Origin: a virus
Taxonomy: Duplodnaviria > Caudoviricetes
Strand: one strand, 5' to 3'
Length of the DNA stretch: 63,711 nucleotides
IMG/VR virus record: IMGVR_UViG_3300021976_000012
Span: 1 to 63,711 of that record
Shown: piece by piece, positions 7,374 to 15,402 of the stretch
Layout of the letters: each line of letters opens with the position of its first letter
How positions within the stretch are numbered: the first letter of the stretch is position 1
Notes under the pieces: generated by a model
The model's input: the letters and a program-made list of their open reading frames with translations, nothing else
Databases searched by the model: none
Told to the model about the DNA's origin: nothing
Translations under genes and position numbers: made by a program

Positions 7374-7446
7374 GATCCGTTAGCTCAGATGGTAGAGCAG
7401 CGTCCCTTTAAGTCGCGTGTCCTCGGTTCGACCCCGAGACGGATCA
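7374..7446 (+). tRNA. trnK: tRNA-Lys(TTT), C33 and U-U stem variant
   Basis: GATCCGT/ACGGATC, GCGTC-CCTTTAA-GTCGC, CTCGG-TTCGACC-CCGAG. Confidence 0.9.
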
Positions 7447-7447
7447 C

Positions 7448-7672
7448 ATGAACAAAATTACGCTAGAAGAGCTAAGATATATAACACGATTGACCCAACT
7501 AGCTGTAGCAGATAAAATGGGAAACCAACAATCAACCGTATCAGATATGGAAAGGGCTTTCCCACTCAATTGTAGATTAAGTACACTTCGTAGATACATT
7601 GATGCTATTGGTGGTGAACTAACAATAAGCATTAAGTTAGATAAAGAAACTTATATTTTGACCCACGAATAA
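7448..7672 (+). CDS. XRE HTH protein, HigA-antitoxin-like
   Basis: LEELR..LTQ..VA..MG..QSTVS..ER...LSTLRRYI.A.GG.L. Confidence 0.8.
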   Translation: MNKITLEELRYITRLTQLAVADKMGNQQSTVSDMERAFPLNCRLSTLRRYIDAIGGELTISIKLDKETYILTHE

Positions 7673-7678
7673 AAACAG

Positions 7679-7749
7679 TCAGGTATTGTGTAATGGTAGC
7701 ACGTCGCACTTTGGATGCGAAAGTCCTAGTTCGAACCTAGGTATCTGAG
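7679..7749 (+). tRNA. trnQ: tRNA-Gln(TTG)
   Basis: TCAGGTA/TATCTGA, TCGCA-CTTTGGA-TGCGA. Confidence 0.92.
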
Positions 7750-7791
7750 CGTAGCAATTGCTACAAAATTACAAACTAGCTGGGAATTAAA

Positions 7792-8733
7792 TTGACATTT
7801 ACATTTGGAGTATTCCTATTCGTCGCATTACCACTAGCAGTGATATTCTTCTTCGTGATGCGTCATTATCAGAAGAAGCTACATGTACTCACAGTAGAAG
7901 GTGGTCGTCACTCAAGCATTGATTCTGCTGATTTTGCTGCTACTGGTAATAAATGGGGATTTGGGATCGCTACTGCGCTTGCCATTCTCATGTTGGTACT
8001 GTCCAGTGTATGGTTCGTACCAGTACGCAACGTAGGTATTGTTACTGCGTTCAATAACCCTACTGGGACCACCACAGGTAGTGGCCTTAAGGTTACCTGG
8101 CCCTGGGAAGAAGTTGTTGATTTTGACGCTTCGATTCAGGTTTCAGACCATACTGGTGACAAGAATTGTTCTACAGTTCGTATTGGTTCACTAGCTACGG
8201 CGTGTGCTGAGAACCGTATTCAGTGGCAGGTATTGGATTCAGCAGCTCCTAAGTTGTACAAGGATTACAAAGGTAACTTTGAGAATCTGAAGAATAACTT
8301 GGTAGAAACGAAAATCCAAAATGCCCTAAATACGGTATTTGCCACATATAACCCTTTGGCACAGGTAAACATTCAGACTGGACAGACCAGCTTTGATGGT
8401 GCTAAGCTTGGCAAAGACGTTGAGGACGAACTAAACAGAACTATCGGATCTGATATTAAGATTGTATCTGTATCAATTCCGCTCGTTCACCACGACGCCA
8501 AGACTGAAAACAACATCAAGTCATTCCAAGATGTTATCGCCAATGCCCGTATTCTTGACCAGCTATCTTCTAATGCTGACAAGGAAAAGGCAATTGCAGA
8601 TAAGCAAAGAGTCTTCCTTACCCCAGAGTACATCCAAAACAAGTGTGTTGACGAGTCAGTCAAAATGGGCGTTCCGCCTGGCTTGTGTCTCGTTGGCGGA
8701 GGAGCAATCGTAAATGCGCAAACCACAAAGTAA
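7792..8733 (+). CDS. SPFH/band-7 membrane protein
   Basis: two N-terminal TM helices, VPVRNVGIVTAF..P.G...GL....PW, C-terminal coiled coil. Confidence 0.85.
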   Translation: MTFTFGVFLFVALPLAVIFFFVMRHYQKKLHVLTVEGGRHSSIDSADFAATGNKWGFGIATALAILMLVLSSVWFVPVRNVGIVTAFNNPTGTTTGSGLKVTWPWEEVVDFDASIQVSDHTGDKNCSTVRIGSLATACAENRIQWQVLDSAAPKLYKDYKGNFENLKNNLVETKIQNALNTVFATYNPLAQVNIQTGQTSFDGAKLGKDVEDELNRTIGSDIKIVSVSIPLVHHDAKTENNIKSFQDVIANARILDQLSSNADKEKAIADKQRVFLTPEYIQNKCVDESVKMGVPPGLCLVGGGAIVNAQTTK

Positions 8734-9013
8734 ATTCTGGACTGTTTGGCTAGCAGTTGTTGGCATTGCCATTGCAGGTATCTTTTCACTCAGTGCCTGT
8801 GGTATTGGTAAGGCAGTAGAACCATTTAAGGATGCGCCTGTCGGTGTTCAAAATAATGGTTCAGCCGACGGTGTTAGTATGCCAGATGGTTTCTCGAACG
8901 TGTCTACCAAGTGTGATCACGGCAATAGAATTTATGTTGCTTACCATGGTGACAATACATATGCTGCAATTGCTGTAGTAGCAGGCGACCCAACCTGTGG
9001 TACTGGTCAATGA
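8714..9013 (+). CDS. putative lipoprotein
   Basis: signal peptide with LSAC lipobox. Confidence 0.75.
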   Translation: MRKPQSKFWTVWLAVVGIAIAGIFSLSACGIGKAVEPFKDAPVGVQNNGSADGVSMPDGFSNVSTKCDHGNRIYVAYHGDNTYAAIAVVAGDPTCGTGQ

Positions 9014-9192
9014 ACAAAGCGACTTTTGAGCGTGCATTAAAAGCAGTAGCTGCTGGTAAGGCACTCAAGGAAGTTAAAGTTAGAAATGTAGAAACTGATG
9101 TTGTTCTCTCTATTAAGAGCATTAGATTTGATGGAGTAGACGACACAATTTACATTGAAGTAGAATAGATAAGAGGGCTCGCAAGAGCCTGC

Positions 9193-9266
9193 GCGAGCGT
9201 ACGCTAATGGTTAGTGCGGCCAATCTTATAAATTGGTGGTTATGGGTTCAAGTCCCATCGCTCGTA
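9193..9266 (+). tRNA. trnI: tRNA-Ile(TAT)
   Basis: GCGAGCG/CGCTCGT, CCAAT-CTTATAA-ATTGG, ATGGG-TTCAAGT-CCCAT. Confidence 0.88.
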
Positions 9267-9267
9267 C

Positions 9268-9612
9268 GTGCGTATACACGTACTAGATTCTAAACTAGTA
9301 CCACACTTTGATTTGCGACGTGATGGCAATGAATGGTATTGGACACCCAAGGAGAAATACAAAGTGGAACAAGATACGCCACCGCTATACAAAATAACAT
9401 CATTACCAGAAGAACTTAAGACACATTATAAGTGTGGTATATGCGATTCAGAAATTTCCATGGATGATGCTGCAATGCTACAGTTAGCAATGGAAAAGCA
9501 CGAATGTATAAATGATTCTGTTGGTCCATGGTACTCGTACATCTTTACATTCTGGTCTGCATTCATAGTGCTTGTTGTCTGTGTCACATTGGTTAAAATT
9601 TTTGCAAAATAG
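9268..9612 (+). CDS. membrane-anchored zinc-finger protein starting at tRNA position 75
   Basis: GTG 9268; CGIC..HEC; C-terminal TM helix. Confidence 0.65.
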   Translation: MRIHVLDSKLVPHFDLRRDGNEWYWTPKEKYKVEQDTPPLYKITSLPEELKTHYKCGICDSEISMDDAAMLQLAMEKHECINDSVGPWYSYIFTFWSAFIVLVVCVTLVKIFAK

Positions 9613-9618
9613 AAATAT

Positions 9619-9689
9619 GCCTCCATTGCATAATGGTAATGCCATGCTCTTGTAAAGCATTGATCGGTGTTCGATTCACCGTGGAGGCT
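9619..9689 (+). tRNA. trnT: tRNA-Thr(TGT)
   Basis: GCCTCCA/TGGAGGC, ATGCT-CTTGTAA-AGCAT. Confidence 0.92.
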
Positions 9690-9690
9690 C

Positions 9691-9837
9691 GTGACAAATA
9701 AAATTCAGCAAGTTAAATTGACAGGAGGTAGTACCACTGTACGTACGGTATTTCTGGTACTAATTCCTTTCACCTGCGGGTTAAGTATTATTCCTTGGAT
9801 TGCCTACGAGATTATTCATTGGGCAGGTAAACATTAA
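9691..9837 (+). CDS. 48-aa membrane peptide starting at tRNA position 75 (absent from the ORF track)
   Basis: GTG ACA AAT...; hydrophobic core; stop overlaps the next ATG (TAATG). Confidence 0.6.
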   Translation: MTNKIQQVKLTGGSTTVRTVFLVLIPFTCGLSIIPWIAYEIIHWAGKH

Positions 9838-10643
9838 TGGACTTTCTGACTTATGTACTTCTCACTTTACCTATTGCGATATTCATTGCCGGTTTGGTGA
9901 TGATGTATGCATATGGATATAAGCATGGCAAGCGTGACACAATAAGAAACATGACAGAGACACTAGAAATGGGGAAACTTCCAAACTATGAGTCAGGCAA
10001 ACATGTTAGATGACGCCACACCAATATTCAGTTATGAAGAAATTCGACTCAACTATCTGAGTACAGCAGATTCCTATGTAATAACAACTCCACTTGGAAG
10101 ATGGATTGCATTACCATCTGAGAATTTAGAAGACATGCTTGTGATTCTCACAGCAGCTAAGAATCATCGTGATTTCGGATTTGCTGTCTGCAACGATGAG
10201 ATCTACTAATGACTACTCCCAAAAAGATATACGACAATGGAGCAATATCAGTTAAGCATGACGGTGACTTTAACACTTACTTGATTTCTAATGTCTATGG
10301 CAATGGTCATGTTAGAATTCCAGCAGGTGACTTAGAGAAATTTGCAAGTGCAATTCAGATAGCACAATTACATCGTGATCATGGTGAGATTAATGGCTAG
10401 TAACGCAGCAAGATTCGAAGAAATTTCACCTGGAGTATTTCGTACATTCAAGCTTCAGAGTGATGGGGGTGGCAAATCATTCAAGACATACAAAGAAGCA
10501 GTTGATCATGTTGCTGTTCAAGAAGAATTGTGGAATTCTAGTATTCATGGTAGAATGGAATATAGAATTGACATGATTGATACCACCATAATTAGTCTTG
10601 ATGGTGAAATAATGAACGAACCACCAAAATGATTAAGCACCAT

Positions 10644-10716
10644 TCTACCGTAGTGTAATTGGTAGCACACCTGACTCTGAATCAGGAGATTTCAAGTTCG
10701 AGTCTTGACGGTAGAA
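10644..10716 (+). tRNA. trnQ: tRNA-Gln(CTG)
   Basis: TCTACCG/CGGTAGA, CCTGA-CTCTGAA-TCAGG. Confidence 0.92.
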
Positions 10717-10719
10717 CCT

Positions 10720-10846
10720 TGGGCGCCCAGGTTGGGATAACTTAGCTGTGTCATAGGCTGTCTAGCACTCCTTATAGTTCGCGCGAATAAGTGATCTAGG
10801 CTGAGCAGCATAAAGAAGGATAGGGGTTCAAATCCTCCCCGCTCAC
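10720..10846 (+). ncRNA. mini tmRNA-like / tRNA-like RNA
   Basis: TGGGCG/CGCTCA acceptor-like stem with G3.U70, T-arm GGGG-TTCAAAT-CCTC, long hairpin CTTAGCT/GGCTGAG in place of an anticodon arm. Confidence 0.55.
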
Positions 10847-10877
10847 TCATAATAAAACTTAATGAATGTAGGTAGCA

Positions 10878-11216
10878 ATGGCTGGGAGAACTAATATAAA
10901 GCTTAGTGATGAGCTTAGAGATAGACTGTCAGAATTAAGAAAAAATGCTGGTAATCCTTCATTAACTCATATGGGATTAGTTGTTGGGGTTAGTCCATCT
11001 ACAATTCGTACTGCTATGTCTGGTTATTCAGTAAGATGGAAGACATATCAGGCAATACTAGAAGCATTAAATGCTACTGAAGAACAGATATTAGAGTTCC
11101 GTAATGCTTGGATTAGATCTAAGACATCAGTAATGCCAGAGGTTCAAGGCCCACTGTGGGCACAGGAACTTCATAGGAAGTTTGATCTGATTATCGAAAT
11201 GTTGGAGAAGAAGTAA
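10878..11216 (+). CDS. XRE-type HTH DNA-binding protein
   Basis: LSELRKNAGNPSL..MG...GVSPSTI.......W. Confidence 0.75.
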   Translation: MAGRTNIKLSDELRDRLSELRKNAGNPSLTHMGLVVGVSPSTIRTAMSGYSVRWKTYQAILEALNATEEQILEFRNAWIRSKTSVMPEVQGPLWAQELHRKFDLIIEMLEKK

Positions 11217-11222
11217 AGGTTT

Positions 11223-11295
11223 GCCCGCGTAGCTCAATGGACAGAGCAAAACCCTTCTAAGGTTGATGTTGCTGGTTCGAATCCAGTCGCGGGCA
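11223..11295 (+). tRNA. trnR: tRNA-Arg(TCT)
   Basis: GCCCGCG/CGCGGGC, AACC-CTTCTAA-GGTT, GCTGG-TTCGAAT-CCAGT. Confidence 0.92.
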
Positions 11296-11603
11296 CGAAC
11301 AAAATGGAATCCCCCACCATAAAAAGGACACCCCACCAGTGATAGAACTAAATACTAAACCTTGGTGTAACTGTCACACCACAGGTAAATGGCTAAGACA
11401 GGACGGGTATACGCTCGACCGTGCATCTGGTATATGGGTTCACAGTCGCTGTAGTAAGCCTAGTCGGATGAACTATGACCGTAATGTGCTTGGTCTGCCA
11501 CAGATCCCACAACAGCGTAAGTCTGATGATATTTACGAAGACGAACGCAAATATGATCTGCGGAAAATGGCTATGGCAGAAATTAATTCTGAATTAGATT
11601 GGG

Positions 11604-12098
11604 ATGATGACGACGACGATGACTATTAATATGCGTGAACATTTTGTACAATCAAACTTGATCGAAGACATTAAAGATATTCATGAATTGCCAAAATCTG
11701 AAAAAGCTTGGGATTATATTAACAAGATTAATACACTAACTAAAAACGATATACTAAACGTTCATGCCATAATCATGGAAGATCTACTATGGGATGATCG
11801 ATATGTTGGTAATTATCGTGATGTCAATGTAACCGTAGGTGGACGTACATGTCCACCACATTACATTGTACCACAATTAATGGATGTATGGATTGGCAAC
11901 ATGAGATTTTGGCAAGACATTGATCCAATGAATTGTCATGTTCAGTTTGAACACATTCATCCATTCGTTGATGGCAATGGTCGAACTGGCCGTATGTTAA
12001 TGTGGTGGCATGAAGTCAAACAAGATAAGGAACCGACTCTTATTACATATAATAAGCGCTGGGACTACTATGCTCTGTTTGACAAGAGAGCTATATAG
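11604..12098 (+). CDS. Fic-domain protein (start may be 11619 or 11631)
   Basis: intact HPFVDGNGRTGR motif; SNLIE; GNYRDVNV. Confidence 0.92.
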   Translation: MMTTTMTINMREHFVQSNLIEDIKDIHELPKSEKAWDYINKINTLTKNDILNVHAIIMEDLLWDDRYVGNYRDVNVTVGGRTCPPHYIVPQLMDVWIGNMRFWQDIDPMNCHVQFEHIHPFVDGNGRTGRMLMWWHEVKQDKEPTLITYNKRWDYYALFDKRAI

Positions 12099-12122
12099 AT
12101 AAAGATCAATGTAGTCAGAAGC

Positions 12123-12151
12123 TTGACACCCATCGCACGACGTGATAGGCT
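12123..12151 (+). promoter_or_regulatory. sigma70/HrdB-type promoter inside an inverted repeat
   Basis: TTGACA-N17-TAGGCT flanked by GTCAGAAGCT/GGCTTCTGAC (12114-12157). Confidence 0.7.
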
Positions 12152-12161
12152 TCTGACGCCA

Positions 12162-12234
12162 GGTTCGGTACCATAGTGGCCAATGGGACAGACTCTTAAT
12201 CTGTTTGCCGTGGGTTCGAATCCCACCCGAACCA
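12162..12234 (+). tRNA. trnK: tRNA-Lys(CTT)
   Basis: GGTTCGG/CCGAACC, ACAGA-CTCTTAA-TCTGT. Confidence 0.92.
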
Positions 12235-12259
12235 CAATATCTAACGAAAGGAGGAGAAT

Positions 12260-12382
12260 ATGGATATTGGAGAAGAAAGAAAATCTGTAACTTTTGAACC
12301 AGTAGAAGAACCATCTATAGAAGAAGTTCCAACTGAACAACCTCCTATAGAAATCCCGCAGGAGGAACCAATTGCGGTCTGA
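12260..12382 (+). CDS. 40-aa acidic Pro/Glu-rich peptide (absent from the ORF track)
   Basis: AAGGAGG RBS; MDIGEERKSVTFEPVEEP... Confidence 0.65.
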   Translation: MDIGEERKSVTFEPVEEPSIEEVPTEQPPIEIPQEEPIAV

Positions 12383-13085
12383 TCACTCAGGAATTAACCG
12401 AGCATTAATTCCAGGTACTATATATGCGTACCGATGGTGGGTGGTTAATCCAATAACATTAACCATGCACGCATTAAATGGAGAACTCTGGAGTTCAGAG
12501 ACAACTGCCCAATGTATCAAATATACTTATGCATTTGATATAGCATGGCCTGGATCTGGTGGCGGTCGTCATAATGCACCAGATCCAGGTTGTACGTGTG
12601 GTATCTATGCTAGATATCTGCCAACGGATCTAGACGGAATAGTTGAATCAAGGTACAATACCACGTTTGTTCCAGGCGTTGTTGAAATCAAAGGTAATGT
12701 CGAATTAGGTACTCTTGGCCTTCGTGCAGAGAAAGCTAAAATTTTAGCCTTCTCGGATAATGGTCATCCTAGTCAACAGTATTGTTGTAGTGAAATAGCT
12801 GAAAAATATCACGTTGAGTTATATCATGATTTCAAACTACTGGTCAAGGATTATCCTCCTTCAGATCTTGGAGATCTAATCTTTGGTGATGACCATAGTA
12901 ATCGTCAATCTTACAATCGTGCGTTCCATGAAGCAATGGATTGGATTAATAAATCAAATCCACGTTCAGAGTATTTCTACGGCAGAGAACAACGTATATT
13001 ATCAGAGCAAATAAAAGAACTAGCAACATTAACAGTAACAAAACCAGAAGATATTAAAAAAATGCTAATAGATTTCGGGATGTGA
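12372..13085 (+). CDS. hypothetical protein with an H.AP...C.CG.YA metal motif
   Basis: 237-aa ORF overlapping the upstream peptide. Confidence 0.75.
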   Translation: MRSDHSGINRALIPGTIYAYRWWVVNPITLTMHALNGELWSSETTAQCIKYTYAFDIAWPGSGGGRHNAPDPGCTCGIYARYLPTDLDGIVESRYNTTFVPGVVEIKGNVELGTLGLRAEKAKILAFSDNGHPSQQYCCSEIAEKYHVELYHDFKLLVKDYPPSDLGDLIFGDDHSNRQSYNRAFHEAMDWINKSNPRSEYFYGREQRILSEQIKELATLTVTKPEDIKKMLIDFGM

Positions 13086-13289
13086 TTGTTATGTCTAGCA
13101 ATCACGAGTTAATGGAGGCTGTCAACAGATATAACGAACTCGAAAAGGAATTCTACGAAGTAAGAATCAGGGTAGCATCTCTACTAAAACAGGCATCAGA
13201 AACTCAACAAGTAACACAACTATCTCGACTAACTAAAATAAACAGAACCACCATTTATTGGTTAATTAATACTTGGAGCGAAATAAATA

Positions 13290-14153
13290 ATGGGAACGGT
13301 AATTCAAGAAGTTACAGTAGCAAAGGCTAGACTCCATCTGGAGAAGAATCAAGCCTTTGAGCGTGGCACCGAAGGCACTAACCGCCCGATTAGTCTAAGA
13401 AAAGTTAATGACTACGCAGTGGAAATGCTTAAGGGCAACTGGCGATTCACGCACCAGGGTATTGGATTCAGCAAAAAGGGTTTTCTCATAGATGGTCAGC
13501 ACCGACTTCTGGCAATTCTGCAAGCTGCCGAGGTAGGAGCTACTGAAGGTGAAGTTGAATACGCTCCAAACCCGAAGATCAGAATTAGAATGCTGGTCAC
13601 AGAGGGGCTTGATGATGACGTATTCGACAAGCTAGACACTGGTCTGCAACGGCGATCAGATCAAATCCTTGCTATTGCTGGTTATTACAACCAGAATAGA
13701 CTAGCAGCAGCAGCTCGACTTCTTTACTTGTACGACAACCACGACTACAAGTTCTGGAATCGTGTCAAGGTTACCAATCAGGAAATCTTGACTATAGTTA
13801 AAACCACTGACATCAATGAGTATCTGTCAATCGCTGGTCTGCTGAGTCCTGTCGGATTCATGGCGTCATCAGTGATTGTTGGTTCATTCCTTTGTGAACG
13901 TTCCTACCCTACTGGTGCTCACCTGGATTTCGTAGAATCATTGAAAAGTGGTGCTGATCTCACAGCAGATCATCCTGCGCTGGCACTTCGGAACTATGTG
14001 ATCCGTTCAAAGCGTTCTGGTCGAATCCGTCGTGATGCATTCGTGCATTTAGCTTTGTACATAAAGGCTTGGAACGACACTTGCAACGGTATGCTTCGTC
14101 AGGTAGTAGCTTTCCGTTCTGGAGAAGACTTTCCTAAGCCTGTGGAGCGTTAA
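13290..14153 (+). CDS. ParB/Srx-like (DGQHR) protein
   Basis: LIDGQHRLLAI motif; M..G.W..THQGI.F. Confidence 0.75.
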   Translation: MGTVIQEVTVAKARLHLEKNQAFERGTEGTNRPISLRKVNDYAVEMLKGNWRFTHQGIGFSKKGFLIDGQHRLLAILQAAEVGATEGEVEYAPNPKIRIRMLVTEGLDDDVFDKLDTGLQRRSDQILAIAGYYNQNRLAAAARLLYLYDNHDYKFWNRVKVTNQEILTIVKTTDINEYLSIAGLLSPVGFMASSVIVGSFLCERSYPTGAHLDFVESLKSGADLTADHPALALRNYVIRSKRSGRIRRDAFVHLALYIKAWNDTCNGMLRQVVAFRSGEDFPKPVER

Positions 14154-14156
14154 TCA

Positions 14157-14615
14157 ATGGCAGCCAGAGGATCTGCATATCGTTATGCAACTATGATATA
14201 TGACAAGCTAATTGAACTATCAAAAATGGAACCATCATCTGCAATTGCAGAATTTGGATATCCAATAGATGATCCAGAAAATGTTAGAGTTTTCCGAGGC
14301 TATATTTATCAGCAAGTTTCGGCCACTCTAGGTCTAAGTCGATCTTCACATGGTAGTGCCATGGCAGTACTAAATGCTATGCGCTGTGTTACCAATTTGA
14401 AAATGGGAGGACCAGGAGTTGAAAGCGTATATCTTCTAAACTATAAGCTATCAGAAGAACAATATCGTGAATATGTGAATGCAAAAAGTGCAACTTCAAG
14501 GAATATATCTCCAACACGATATGATACTCTAATTGATGAAATAATGCGTTTGAAGACCACGCTCAAAGATCTTGAGCAACGTGTAAAATCTCTTGAAGGA
14601 AATGATGGCCGATAG
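14157..14615 (+). CDS. hypothetical protein, possible winged helix plus coiled coil
   Basis: 152-aa ORF with a C-terminal coiled coil. Confidence 0.55.
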   Translation: MAARGSAYRYATMIYDKLIELSKMEPSSAIAEFGYPIDDPENVRVFRGYIYQQVSATLGLSRSSHGSAMAVLNAMRCVTNLKMGGPGVESVYLLNYKLSEEQYREYVNAKSATSRNISPTRYDTLIDEIMRLKTTLKDLEQRVKSLEGNDGR

Positions 14616-14919
14616 TACATATGAAGAGGCACGCCGTTGCCCCAGATGTCAACAACCAGGGGTAGAAATTGGCAGTAGAGGCGGTCCTCATGGTAGTAGG
14701 CTTCACACTATTCAATGTAGGACTCCTCGTTGTAGATGGTTTAATACCGACTACGTAGTTCAAGTAAACTCTGATGGATCTATTCCAGATCCAACACTAG
14801 AGCGACCAAAGCATTTCCCGAAGCTGCCTAACCGCAGCGATGAAGAAGTAAATGCAATGCTTGACAGACTCTACAATGATACAGTAACCAAGGGGAGGTG
14901 AACTCGATAAGGGAGAACC

Positions 14920-15399
14920 ATGCAACAGATCATACTATCACAAGGAAAATTTGCACTAATTGATAATGAGGATTATGAGTTAGTTTCTAAATACAAGTGG
15001 TGTGCCTCTAAAAAGAGAAACACCTTTTATGCATTACGTGCAATAAAACTACCTACTGGTAGATATTCTACAATACACATGCATACGTTCATAACTGAAT
15101 GGTCACGTGTTGATCACATAAATGGTAATGGACTCGATAACCAAAGATCAAATCTTAGACAATTAAATAATAGTCTCAATATAAGAAATCAACATGTTAA
15201 TTGGGGATCATCTAAATACAAGGGAGTATCCTGGTACAACCGTGAAGGTAAATGGATAGCAAAAATAAACGGTATACACGTAAGAAAATATGTCGGATCA
15301 TTTCACGATGAAATCGAAGCTGCCAAAGCATATGACGAAGCAATATATAAAATCTTTGGTGATATAACAATGCTCAACTTTCCGCTGGAAGGGATATAA
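14920..15399 (+). CDS. HNH-AP2 homing endonuclease
   Basis: VDHINGNGLDNQRSNLR; SKYKGVSW..W.A.I..EAAKAYD. Confidence 0.92.
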   Translation: MQQIILSQGKFALIDNEDYELVSKYKWCASKKRNTFYALRAIKLPTGRYSTIHMHTFITEWSRVDHINGNGLDNQRSNLRQLNNSLNIRNQHVNWGSSKYKGVSWYNREGKWIAKINGIHVRKYVGSFHDEIEAAKAYDEAIYKIFGDITMLNFPLEGI

Positions 15400-15402
15400 G
15401 TT

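Noticed and set aside
356-12260. Theta (HDV-like) ribozymes at tRNA 3' ends
   Set aside because: I could not build the nested double pseudoknot at any tRNA end by eye, and most are followed directly by ORFs; a motif search is needed to exclude this fully
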